Position numbers and translations under genes: made by a program. A stretch of 62,546 nt of DNA, the filler included, from Basidiobolus ranarum (taxonomy: Eukaryota): the NCBI GenBank assembly GCA_040143965.1. It is 14 parts of 14 records of this genome, joined end to end, with 100 filler letters (N's around TTAATTAATTAA, not from the genome) between each part and the next. Parts side by side here need not be neighbours in the genome. Positions count along the whole stretch, not along the records: positions 8,981 to 13,368 come from JASJQH010008853.1; positions 13,469 to 17,854 come from JASJQH010008854.1; positions 17,955 to 22,337 come from JASJQH010008855.1; positions 22,438 to 26,816 come from JASJQH010008856.1; 10 more parts are not named here. The stretch is one strand, 5' to 3'. Shown here piece by piece: positions 11,965 to 24,049 of the stretch. Below the pieces are notes generated by a model. It saw only the letters and a program-made list of their open reading frames with translations, searched no databases and was not told where the DNA came from. Numbering within the stretch: the stretch's first letter is position 1; each line of letters opens with the position of its first letter.

Positions 11965-12938
11965 CTATTGTGGTTGTCCTGACCCCTGTCCCATCAAGCC
12001 AGGCAATGAAGTCGACATAGGAGTAGATCCATATTTCGATAGTGGTAGCATTGAAGGCTGGGATTGACCTCCCATATGGTATGGTGGTGCGTTAGAATCA
12101 TCTCGAGGCCTTTTGTTTAGAGCCTGGTGTCCACCGTGCGTAGGTGGCAGTTGCTGGTGCGAAGCGCCAGAGAGTCCACCACTGGAATATGCTGATAGGC
12201 CAGGTGGTCCGGAGCCAGAGCCAGGATGTTGAGATTGTGGTTGTCGATTTGGATCCATCATTTGGGGAGGAGCAACTAAAGAGTGAGGCCCATTTGGTGT
12301 ACCACTCATTATTCCACCAAAAAGATTTGAAGGGCCAGCCCCGATATTAGGGGGTGCTGGCTGGTGAGCCTGATGAGGAGTACCGCGAGCCTCGAGATCC
12401 CGACGAAGCCTCATAATTTCATCTTCATATCTTGAAAATAAAATAGGTAAGAACACCAACTTCAAATAGATGAGTTGTACTGTACAAAATAAACCAGCTC
12501 TTACTGTTGTCTAACTGTTTGATGTGCTCTTTCAAGTTCATAAAGATTCTGTTGAAATCCAGACACTTCATTAAGTTGGGTTGAAACTAAAAAGTGTAGA
12601 GTTATTAAACTATTGTTTTTACAAAGCATATTAACCTTGAAGGAAAGCAATAAAAATATCTCTGAAAAAAATGAGAGGTTTTGGGCTACATTCGCCTTTT
12701 GTTTCAAACAAAGATGGAATTGCTTGGAAACGCGTGCTTATCTCAACTAAGCGAAAGCAACGTTGTATTCATGGTGTAATATCGAAGTATACTTACTCTT
12801 ATGCTCAAATTCATCTCGTTGCATCTTGCACATAGAGACATCTTGATTCATCTTCTCAAATTCCATCCTCAAAGCCTCGAGAAGCTCAGAGAACCTACTT
12901 CCAGGTCCAACTGGAGCCATTGGTCGATGATTATACAT
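11965..12938 (-). CDS. TUP1: Tup1-like co-repressor N-terminus (Tup_N coiled coil plus P/G/Q-rich region, no WD40). Exons 12938-12797, 12586-12505, 12430-11965; 229 aa
   Basis: RFSELLEALRMEFE...RDEFEHKISTQLNEV..FQQNLYELERAHQTVRQQYEDEIMRLRRDLE is the Tup_N signature. Two in-phase GT-AG introns; in-frame TAG at 11965-11967. Confidence 0.8.
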
Positions 12939-13468
12939 ATTCGACCTGTTCGTAGAGGAAAGCTCAGCAAGCTACGGCTATGGAGCTACTCCAATGGTAT
13001 ATCGTGCGTTTTCGTACTCTTGAATAAAAGTCAACAAATCTAACTCAACTTCACAAGCAATGAGATGAAATTAGTGAAGCCTAAACGAGTAATCGTGGAT
13101 GTGAAGGATTGTTTGGCTTTAAATAACTCAATTGTCCATGATCTTTAAGGGGAGAATTCGTAGCCCTATTTTTGAAGCCACATGTGTTCTGTAATTGCAG
13201 AATTTCGCAACACGCTCAGCATAATCTATAAATAACAGATCCGTCAATGTCTCAGTTGATATTCAAGTAATCGGTCACTTGCTCGACTTCATCTCAGTCT
13301 CAACCCCACTTTTCTCAACCAAATTTGACACGACGCTTTGATCATTATCTCTCATATGGGCGACTCGTNNNNNNNNNNNNNNNNNNNNNNNNNNNNNNNN
13401 NNNNNNNNNNNNTTAATTAATTAANNNNNNNNNNNNNNNNNNNNNNNNNNNNNNNNNNNNNNNNNNNN

Positions 13469-14650
13469 AATATTTTGCACTCAATTTGGAGATGTAAAAA
13501 TGTGCATTTAATACTCTAATTAGTCAATATTACAATTGGATCACTTTCACCAATTTTCATTATACACTCATAACTGGTCAGAATCATCTCAAATTTGCAT
13601 ATATACTTTGCAGGCATCTTTGCTGGGTCAGAAATTTGTCCAACAGTTTTACTTTGTACTAAACTTCTGATAGGACCCCTTCAATTCAAGGAATATGTAA
13701 TACTTGAATAACAAATCCAAACTTGCCCAAAATAATTCCAAATCCCCTGAGCACTTTTATCAAAAAATGGAATCAGCAAAATAAACAGTCCACTGTGGAG
13801 TAGAAGTGGTGTTGAATATTGCACTAAAGACTTAGCCAGTTTCTGGTCTAAACATGAATTAGGTCAACAAACTACTATTGCTTACAGTCCACTGCAAAAG
13901 GGAGTAGCTGAGCATAGAATTAGGACCATGGTGGAGATGGCAAGGTCAACTTGAGAATATCAAAAATTAGATCTTCAATTTTGGGCAAAATCTAACTTTA
14001 CTATACTCAATATGCCAGTTTATAGTACAACAAGAATGCTAGAAAGTACCATGACACTTGAAGACCTGTTTAGATCTGCTCCAATTGCAAATCATTTTAG
14101 GTTTTTTGGTCAAGTTGTTTATTGCAATACTAAGCCTCAGAATAGTATAGTTTCCAACTCAAAGGCAATAAATGCATATTTCTTAAAAATGTTGATGCTA
14201 TCCAGAATCTTGACTGGCATTCAATGGATGCAAAAGCAACCTCTCTTGATATAGATGATTAAGAAGAAATCTATAATGAGTAACTCAATCAACATGTTGA
14301 ACCATACCAATCTGATATGTGCTGTAAGCTGCCAAAGTTAATATACAAGCTCAAGTAAGCATCCAGGACATGTAATAACACAATAGACACCTATTTAGAC
14401 CAAACTGAATTTGAAAGAAGCACAATTGCTCATGGTATTTAAATTCAATCAAACTGAACTAGCATCCTTATCATAATGCAAGATGAGGATGACCAGACAA
14501 TAGCCACACCAGACCTAAAAGCACTCAATAAGATAGCAATCAGCATATGAAGCCAAATTTTGATGGTTGATACCAGACATTAAGTATTTTTCTATAATTC
14601 AAATCATGACTAAGTGATCAACTCAGAAAACTATGTTGAGGCTGTTTGGA
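13469..14650 (+). mobile_element. Very degenerate copia family A relic (LTR ~13469-13762, integrase and RT fragments)
   Basis: LTR-A similarity, plus QKGVAEHRIRTMVEMAR-like integrase and KLIYKLK*ASR RT fragments. Confidence 0.75.
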
Positions 14651-14651
14651 T

Positions 14652-16945
14652 AAGATAACAATGTTTAGAGGATTTGGAAATGTTTTGGACAAGATTTAGA
14701 TATGTATTTAGACATTTAAGTATTACTGAAGTGAACATGTCCTGTTTAAAGTTTACTATGAATTTGGACTATTGGACAAGTTTTTGTCATAACAAATATG
14801 CCTGTAAGCTTGGGTGAAAATTTGAGATGACTTAAAGAATTTTTGAGAAAATAGTGAAAATTGGTAAAAGTAATCTGATTGATATATATCAATTGGAGCA
14901 ATAAATGCTCAATTTTGAATGGCAGAGTTGAGAGCCAAATAATTAGAATATGAATTAACTAACTACCAATTAATGAGTTGCTATATACCCAATTTTGATG
15001 TTCCCATACAACAATTTATCATGTATTTCTCTCAACTCAACTAATATCTCAATAATTCACATTGCATCTTAGCTCAAGGCTTGATTGAGATGTCAGCAAT
15101 CATTTCTTCAGTAGGGCAATAGACAAGTTCAAGTATATCATTTTCCACTGCTTCTCTAACAGTAAGATTTCTAATTTCTATCTCTATTGTTCTGGCATGA
15201 AACATAAGGTTTTCAGCTAATGAAACCCATCTTTGATTATTTTAAAATACAGTAATAGAAGCTTTTAGCATATATCCTAAGTCAGTAAAGAACTACCCTA
15301 ACCACATACCTTTTGTGTAGTAGCAGAGGCAGCCATGTACTCTGCTTTTGTAGTACAAAGTGCTACAGGTGGTTGCTTCTTATTATTCCAAGTTATGGCT
15401 CCACTACCATGGAAAAGTGTACCCAGTTATTTATCCTCAATTACCAAGGTTCTGTCCCTTGTCTTTATCACTGTAGCCTTCAGAATTTTGTGTTTCAGCA
15501 GTGCCAGAGTATTTCAAAATGTGATCTACAGATCCTCCCCTGTACATGAATATACATTTTATTGCATATTTGGGTCCAAATTCTGAATTTCCAAGGTATT
15601 GGCTGACAATTCCCTCTGCCACAGCTACGCCAGCACAGGTTCCATAAATTGTATATGTTAAACTACCCACCATGGATTGATAAAGGAACTCCTGCCTTAG
15701 ATTTCAGTAATTTTGGGCCAAATTGGTTGACATTTTGATTAATTTGGTATTAGGATCCATTTGTGCTGATACAGGCTTGAAATTCTCCTAGTTGAGGCAT
15801 TTTATGATGTCTAGGATGATTCTAGACTGATTCAGTATAATTTTCTGATTGGGTTTATCTTTCTGATACTTGTTTCCAAGGACAGAACTTGATAGGTGCA
15901 TACCAGTCAACTGAATTTGGTTTGATAAGCTGCTTTTTCCCCAATTAAGTGCTTGAAGATCATTGGTGGCCATGATCAAGTTATCCACATATAGTGCCCA
16001 GATGACAATCTTATTTGTGCATGCTTAGATGTATATACAATGATACACTGTGCACTTACGGAATACCAGTGATCCCAAAGATGCATCTATCTTGTTGTGC
16101 CATGCCCTGGGTGCTTGCATAAATCCATACAGCAGCTTTGGCAGCTTACAGACCATATCAGGGTGCTTTGGGTCAACAAATGCATCTGGTTGTTCCATGT
16201 GAATCTCCTCTTCTAGATTTCACTCAGAAAGGCTGTTTTACATCTATTTGATATATATCCAGGTTGTTGATGTCTGAGAGTGCCAGGTTTAATCTAATGG
16301 AGCTAAAACTAGCTGCTAGAGCAAATGTTGCATCAAAATCAAGTCCTGGAGTCTAGGAAAAACCTTTGCAGCTAGGCCTTCTCATTGATGGTAGGGGACT
16401 TCAAGTCCATATTTATTATCCTGAAGTGAAGAAACCTCTTGCTGCTTTGGGGTTCCAATTGAGAGCATTTTTGAGGTGGTATTGGGCAATATGCTGTGCA
16501 ACCAAAGATCCTGAAATGTTCCACATTGGGTTTTGATCCACAAAGGGCTTCAAATGGGGTATAATTTTGAGGCAATCTTGTTTGGCAACTGTCTATGAAA
16601 CAGACTGCAGTGTAGACCAAGTCAGCATAATATTGGTGATCTGATTTCTTTGGTCATGTAACATTAAGATTGCCATCTCCACTCTGATTCTTTTAGCATA
16701 TTCTGCAATTACATTTTGCTGTGGAGCAGTAGTTGGTTGCTTCATTCCATGTTTGAAATAAAACCTAGCAAAGTCTTTATGACAATATTCTCTACTATCA
16801 TCACTCTGTGGTACCCTTCCTTTTTGTGCTGATTCTTTCCCTACCAGTGCTTTGTAGTGGTTGCACATGGCTAATGCTTCTGATTTTTATTACAAAGAGA
16901 ATTCCCAGGTAAATCTTGTTTTGTTTTCAATTAAGATCATAAGGT
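14652..16945 (-). mobile_element. 3' part of a copia element (integrase-RT-RNase H plus 3' LTR-A at ~14652-14995), degenerate
   Basis: Minus-strand PQQNVIAE, TPFEALCGSKPNVEHFRIFGC, MVGSLTY and RNase H remnants, followed by LTR-A sequence. Confidence 0.85.
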
Positions 16946-16946
16946 A

Positions 16947-17854
16947 CCCTGACAAAACTTTGAGAATTGTCATTGTAGGAAAAACCATCATAGTTTTAAT
17001 CCATTTGGGATTGACCATCAACTTAACATCATAAAATAGTAAAGTTGGATTGGAATTTAATTATTTTTCTGAGTTTGAGATGTGAAATTTCAAGATCTCA
17101 CAAAATAGTTCACATGATGGGCTACAACCTCAGAGAACTATGGATCAAAACATGTGCAAAAAATGTAACTCAAATTTTCCACATTTTCCACTTAAATGCT
17201 GATTTATCACCTTCAAAATCCCTAGTCTCTTTGTTATATTCCCCAAAATTTTTATACAGTTCCTCATACCCAAAGTTCAGCTCATATTGAACACAAGTTT
17301 GTATCAATATCTCCATCAAAGCCCACCATTATATTAATGCAGCTGAATCAACATTCTTCCAGCTATCTGGCTGATACCCAGCAATATTGTGCCACTCTGT
17401 ATTAAGCTCTTGCTAGATCTCTGTACAGTCAACACCAGACTGAATGTGAAGTTGAATGTTCTTTTTGTGAAGCCACTTTTCACATATTTGCACTGTGTTT
17501 TTCCCTTCATACTTTGGAAAATACCCCTCAAGCACTTGGACTACTTTTATATGGCCTTGTAGTGCTACACTACTGAGGATGCTTGATAGTGTTTGTATGG
17601 CTTTTTGCTTGCCTTTAACTTTGATGCTATTTCAGCACTTTGAAAAGTACCAGTTGCAATTGGAGAGCCATGAGTTTTATTTGCTGGCGTTTTGGCTTGT
17701 TGAGAGATGCCAGGTGTTGGATAAACTTCCAAATTTAGCACTCTTCCAACTGGTGTACTGGGTTCCATGGTGAAATAGAGCTTTTTTGCAGTAGATCTGA
17801 CTCTGGAAATGCAGATATTGGTACTGGTGTGAAGTATTTGGTAAGTGGGACAGT
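16947..17854 (-). mobile_element. Right arm of CCC-terminated DNA transposon D with ORF2 remnants
   Basis: Begins CCCTGACA, a one-mismatch reverse complement of the ...TGTTAGGG end at 46064. Homologous to 44792-46064, including the shared peptides GRVLNLEVYPTPG and MRxIFxxMKGKxxCKY. Confidence 0.75.
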
Positions 17855-17954
17855 NNNNNNNNNNNNNNNNNNNNNNNNNNNNNNNNNNNNNNNNNNNNTT
17901 AATTAATTAANNNNNNNNNNNNNNNNNNNNNNNNNNNNNNNNNNNNNNNNNNNN

Positions 17955-18421
17955 CTTGTACATGTTGTGAGTACCGGAGCGAGAGTCATAACGAAGCCAG
18001 ATACCGAAAGTCTTGATCTTCAATGGGTTCTTTTCGAAGATTTCATTCAAGGAAACAATTTCACCAGCGGCCTTCTTGACCTTCTTGAGTTTGGTCAAAA
18101 AATACCAGAAACGACTCTTGGCGACAACCTCATTAGGAGCGAAAATTCTCATTCTGAAGAGTCTGGGAACAGGCTCCTTCTCAGAAGGAAGTTTACGACC
18201 AATGATCTGATACTCGTGCAACTACAAAATAACCAAAAGAGATGTGAGAACCAATATATATGCGAAGTTTGACGGATGGAAGTTCAGTAAAGAATGGATG
18301 ATAAGGCCGCATATCATGGAGATTTTACAATAGTTTCGACTACTTTAATATAATCACAAGCAAAAAAGACGCAATTTACGAAGCAATCTTCACTACAAGA
18401 GACTTGACTTACTCTACCCAT
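17955..18421 (-). CDS. RPL20: 60S ribosomal protein eL20 (L18a), cut at the 3' end by the contig boundary. Exons 18421-18413 and 18221-17955
   Basis: [15 protein letters not shown]...[15 protein letters not shown]...[18 protein letters not shown], with a GTAAGT...TAG intron. Confidence 0.96.
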
Positions 18422-18829
18422 ACTGGCTACAAAAATTCGCACACCTGAAAGAGGAAGAGAAGTGCAAGCGTAGGTTTTTCCAATTTATTGCAGATCTATG
18501 GGATCCAAAAATGGAATGGATGCTCTTTTTCATTGGCTACCCGAAAATCTGCCTGAATTTTGTGTATGCTTTATGTTTATTGTAAATAAGGAATAGCAAC
18601 TTGGATTAGGTTTACAACACGCAAGTCTACCTGCTCTCAACATATAATCAGTGAAGTTAACTTTAAACATGAATTAGTCAGTGCATTTGTATCGAATTTA
18701 CAGGATTCGCACTGTACCCACACTCGAAAATTTCTCACCGAACAGATGCGATTGTTGGAAGTTGTATAGAAGGAGCTGAGAGCTTATCGCACTACATAAC
18801 TTTACACTTGTCATTTGTAAAGAGCAATA

Positions 18830-19308
18830 ATGGATTTCAGTCAATTCTCCCCCGCTGAGCGCTCTCACATGGAGCAGCTCATTCAGCAAAAGCAGGTAAG
18901 CTTATACTAGCTCTTTCTTTAGTGTCATAAAATATTGAAAATGAACTACATTCTCGCAAAGAGCAGCCATCTTCGTTATACGTTTTGAAATATAAATTCA
19001 GTCTGACCATAATATTACCACCACTAGATGAAAGATTTCATGCGTTTATATACTGGTTTGGTTCAAAGATGTTTCGAAACTTGTGCCCATAACATGAAAG
19101 CCACCTCTATCAATGCCGATGAGGTAATGCTTACTCATATAATGCCTAAGTTGCCAGTAGTTAACAACTCACAATCCTCTATTCATAATAGGAAACCTGT
19201 GTCAACCGTTGCATTGATAAGTTCATGAAACATTCTGAACGAGTCGGCCAACGTTTCGCCGAGCAAAATGCTTTGTTGACTCAACAGTTGAACGAAAAAC
19301 AGAAATAG
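18830..19308 (+). CDS. TIM9: Mitochondrial small Tim chaperone Tim9, 92 aa. Exons 18830-18895, 19028-19123, 19192-19308
   Basis: [20 protein letters not shown]...[26 protein letters not shown]. Twin CX3C motif; phase-0 GT-AG introns. Confidence 0.95.
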
Positions 19309-20657
19309 ATCAGCTTAACTTGTTTCTTATGTTTCTTGACTTTGCATTCAGTACTCTTTTGAATCACTTTCTAAGTTCCGTTGCTTCAATAATCAGGTAC
19401 ATTATTGTTCCTTATTGGTTTAGGATTTTGGAATTATATACTTTTCTCTATGTTATTTGTTAACAGATATATGATGAAAACTTGAAGGATAAGTAAATGT
19501 CGGATTATAGTTGAGTGAAAAATAAATGGTTTCCATCTACAAGCTGATGAAAATTCGTTGGTAAACATGTGGTTGGTTTCTTAATCCTAGAGACTTTGAG
19601 GATCGCTATAAAATATTTGAAGTTGATATTGAACAAAAACGATCTATTGTCTTCTATTATTGTGCTCCTGTTCTCAGTTCCTATATTGTCAGATGTTTGG
19701 GTGTGTACACTTGCACTTCTGCAACTTCAAGTTTATTTATTCTTCCTTCCTCTCGATTATTCACTTAGAGTTGGATTATTATTCTTTGCAATCGTCTAAT
19801 TTTAGGTTAAAACCCTGTATAACACCACCAAAAAAGATATCATTTGCTTATCCCGTCTCATCATTAACTAATACACAAAAATAATGAGAAATCAGCACTA
19901 CAAACACGTAGATAGGGATTAAATGAAAAACTCGTAGGAAAGAAGTATCGTACGATTTAGCTGCAACGGCTTTATAGCATCAGTCCTTGGGGGCTATGCT
20001 CATCTCCTATTAAGAACTTTTGAAACAAATAATTCCTCAACCTGGATTGCTTACAACAGTAGTGACTTGCTTTGGTAACTTAAATGAATGCTCAACATCG
20101 CGTCTCTCATGAAGTTACTCTTTAAATGAGGCAACAGGGTTTAATGTTTTTTATAGAAGCTTCACGATTCTTGGTATTGTTTTTAGCGCGTGTATTTTGC
20201 TCAACTTCCTCTACTTGTAAATATCTTCACTTCAGACATTACCAAATTCAAAACTGCTAATGCAGGAGCACTCACTTCTTTCTGTACCTCTAACTTTAAT
20301 TTATTTATCGGCCAAACATCTTTGTTAGTGTTGGCTAACTCATTCTTGACCTTCCAAGCTTTGGTATCACACTCAGCCAAATATGCCAAAAGAAGATGGA
20401 CAGGCGCAGTTAATGTTTAAACGATTCCGCATTATTGAGGGAATTCCAATAAAAACCTTAATCATTCATGAATACCGGTTATATCCTCTGAAATATCGCC
20501 ACAATCAAATTAGGCAGACATCTCTTAGAATGTTATAGATAACTGACGGGTAATTAGAATCACAACTAAATATGGATAATTTTCATCGTCTAGTGGGAGA
20601 GCGAACTTCAATGATTTGAGATAAATTGGGATTTCGTCCATTTATTATTACGTATAC

Positions 20658-21112
20658 TCAGGCAAATTGCTGATCATGATCAGCGCAGATTTTATGCTTC
20701 AATCCCTTTACAATCAAATCCAAAGCCTGAACAGCCTCTGTACGGTGTTTGGCAGAAATGGCTACAACCACAGTTCCCTCACCTACATATATCTTGCCAG
20801 TACGGATGTAAACAAAAGCCTTGGTGAGAGGAACCTGGCTGCGTACTTGAGTAACTAATTCTTCAAGGTGCTGCTTTCCTTCCTCAGAGGTTTTCTGATA
20901 TTCCAGGTTCTTGACCTCGCGTCCTACAAACAAGGAGTGCCCGTTAGTCACATCATTTGGACAGTACTAAAAGAGACTTTGCAATTACCTTGATCCTCTT
21001 TACGGATGGTGCCCATGAAGGTCACGATAGCACCGGAGAATTCATCTTTGACGAAATTAACAGCAGTGTCAAGGCTGGGGATTTTGGGGCCTGCTTCAAG
21101 ATGATCAGTCAT
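20658..21112 (-). CDS. Divergent MoaE/MOCS2B-like protein (molybdopterin synthase large subunit fold), 129 aa. Exons 21112-20989, 20923-20658
   Basis: SGAIVTFMGTIR, V..LEY, G.I.VGE..VVVAISAKHR.EA...LK motifs. The family's C-terminal PIWKKE motif is absent. Confidence 0.8.
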
Positions 21113-22437
21113 TTTTGAGAATGGATACTCACCTAGAATTAAGGTTACCTTTTATATAGCCAATGCATGTATGATTACGTAGTACTTAACTATTAATGTA
21201 TGTGAAGATACTTCCCGACACAATCCGAGTGGAGTTAATCTTGCTGCGATGTGATTGTGCGTGATCTTTTTCATTCATCAGTTCATCGGAATCTTTCCTT
21301 TTTGGATTGGAAGTTCACAACAGCTCAGAAGAGGTTACGGGCTTTGATCAATCAACTTTTTGAGGCTTGATTCTTTTTTTATTGGTATAGAAGCTTTGGA
21401 TATCGTTTGTGGGCGATAGCTGAATCAAAAGGTGCTCATAGCTCAGGTCGTTTAGGAGTCAGTGTGTTGGAGTGGGTGATGGGGTGTATTTGTTTGAATC
21501 AATGGACGTGTATATCCTGAGTACCTTCTCTTTGGACCTAGGGGGTGAGATCCAAAGCTGTTCGAGACCATGGGACAAATAGGGGTAGAATGTATGATTG
21601 GCTAAACTCAAGTCGGTGTCAGCTGTGAATTAAAGGTAAATTACCAGTAGCCATGAGTCATGCTGTACAACTGGTGCAAATCAATTTACCTTGACCACTA
21701 CCGTTAAAATATGGGTTCTCGATTCCTTGGTCTGTCAGATGTGACTTCTATGTCTGCACATTAATACTGGATTTATGGTAGTTTAGTATATCTACCCAGC
21801 TTACTGGTGACTATCGTGAGCCTGACCTTTACACCCATGCCGACCAGAAGTCGAAGGTGGTTTTAAGGCAGTAGTAATAGCGGTGGTAGAGCTCCCCACT
21901 TGAAACTGGCGCCTTCAAAAGAAACTCACTAGCAGCAACCCAGTACTATCATATATTTAGCTTGTGTTGCAGCAGCTTCCAATAGACTCACGATGGTGGG
22001 GATGTTGCTATTTGAGTTCCTCTATTCTTTCATCGTTCTGACACTGAGATTTCTGATGGGTTTCTTGCCAACTACTTTGATCCGTCGTGTTGTTTTTATT
22101 CGTCTTGATCTCAGCACTGATGAATACACAAATTTAACTTGCCTACACGATTTTCTATCAAGTCAGCAACCGATTCTTATTTGAAGCTAGAGATTTAAGG
22201 GGGCTAGAGTCGTACTCAACTCCATTGGTGGCACCATCCCATGAGTATTCTGTTCTGTTTCTACTGGCTGGTAGGAACTCGACTTTGATACACTTTCTAT
22301 GCAAGTAATCTAAGGATAACTATCTCCGGTAGCACCTNNNNNNNNNNNNNNNNNNNNNNNNNNNNNNNNNNNNNNNNNNNNTTAATTAATTAANNNNNNN
22401 NNNNNNNNNNNNNNNNNNNNNNNNNNNNNNNNNNNNN

Positions 22438-23750
22438 ATTCACAATAAAATCTCTGGAACTCAGCAGGGTTGAGGGTACTATTGGTCTGTGGTACATTCT
22501 ATTAGCTAGACTTTTAGGCTCTTAGAGTGCCTTAAACGCTATCCAAGCATGTATTCTGGAACCAGGAGATCATGCAAACGGATAAATAAGCCAGGAAACT
22601 GATGAAACCCTACTAGTGATTTTTTCTATAATTATACTGCACTTTATGATGGGCCACAGAATCTAGATCAAGCTTGGAGTATCTAAAAGAAAACTTTTAA
22701 AAACAATGGAATATGATTTTTCCTCACTCTAGGTTAGCAAAAAAACAACATAAAACACACTTGTTAGTGCTTGAATTCTAAAAGTCCACTGCAGAGTATA
22801 GTTGTTAGATCAAAGCATCTGGAAATAAATTTCTATCCTAGCATTTTGGGTGGGTGATTTAGTCATAGCTACAAATGACCTTGAAGCACTCAATTAAAAA
22901 GATATCATGTTATTGAATCAACTTCTGATGACTGATATAGATGAATTAGATAATATCCTTGGGATCTACATCAATAGAGATAAAATCAGTCCTAGAAGCA
23001 GGCTGAATTGGTCTCAAAATATCCCCAACAACCCAAAGCACTTTGACATGGAGAAAAACAGCCAGTGTCATCACCAATAGAGCCCATAGTAAACTAAGTC
23101 CAATTTTTGTCTCCTCGGGCTCAAAATGATCACAATTAAAGCCAGGAATTCCCTTATTATTCCATGCTGAGTAGTTCTATATATAGTTTGATTGCAACAA
23201 ATTAAGACATAACTACAGCTGTGGGAACAATGAGTCAATAGCTCTAAGCTCCATTGATTGGAGCACAAAACAGCAGTACAACATTTCTTCATATATATCA
23301 AGGCTACTGTAGATCTTGTCCAGAATACTCTGGCACTCCTGAGGCACAAACTCTTGAAGGCAACAGTGATCAATACTGGAGAAGAAACCTTGATGATTGC
23401 AATTCAACAACTTTGTATACTTTTTTCTGTTTAAAAAAACCAAACTAGGCATATTCTGTGTAAATATACAGCAGGCTATATAATTAAGGAAGCACTTGAC
23501 AATTCAGGAAGCTTGCAAAAACATGCTACAAAGGTATTTGAAGATAATCAAAGATGTTGATTATGAGGTAAAAATTTATATTTTTTGCATCAACAGGACA
23601 CAGAGATAGCAGGCAATATTTGTTAAAGCAGCAATTGATAATGACATGATTGAACCTGTCTATTGCACTACTAACTGCATGATATCAGAAATATTTTTGA
23701 ATAGTGTGGCATTAATATATGTTGGAAATGAAGCATAGCTGGATTCCTAA
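22438..23750 (+). mobile_element. Very degenerate copia RT/RNase H relic
   Basis: ILWVGDLVIATNDLEAL and MTDIDELDNILGI fragments homologous to 4164-4391, plus RNase H-like remnants. Confidence 0.7.
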
Positions 23751-24049
23751 AACTTATTCATATGAATATGCTCTATTTATTGTATACAATGAATAAAGTA
23801 TTGTGCAAGTATAGAGCATAATAAGCAGGCCTGCAAAGCATAGGAGTAACTTGACAAGACTTGGAGATATTGTGAAGTGCACTGAATATGGATATAAGTG
23901 AACCAATTGCTATATCTACAAGATATACTAATTATTATATATCTTTTGATGTCAGTAGTAAGCACTCAGCAGACAAAGCATGATTAAACTAACTACCAGT
24001 TAGTGACTAGCTATGCAATGAATACAGCAATGTCAACTATGTTCTAAAC

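Noticed and set aside
19569-20420. Short ORFs between TIM9 and the MoaE-like gene
   Set aside because: AT-rich intergenic sequence with no motifs or supported exon structure.
21880-22337. Possible coding remnant at the end of contig 5
   Set aside because: The frames examined are interrupted by stops and there is no recognisable homology.
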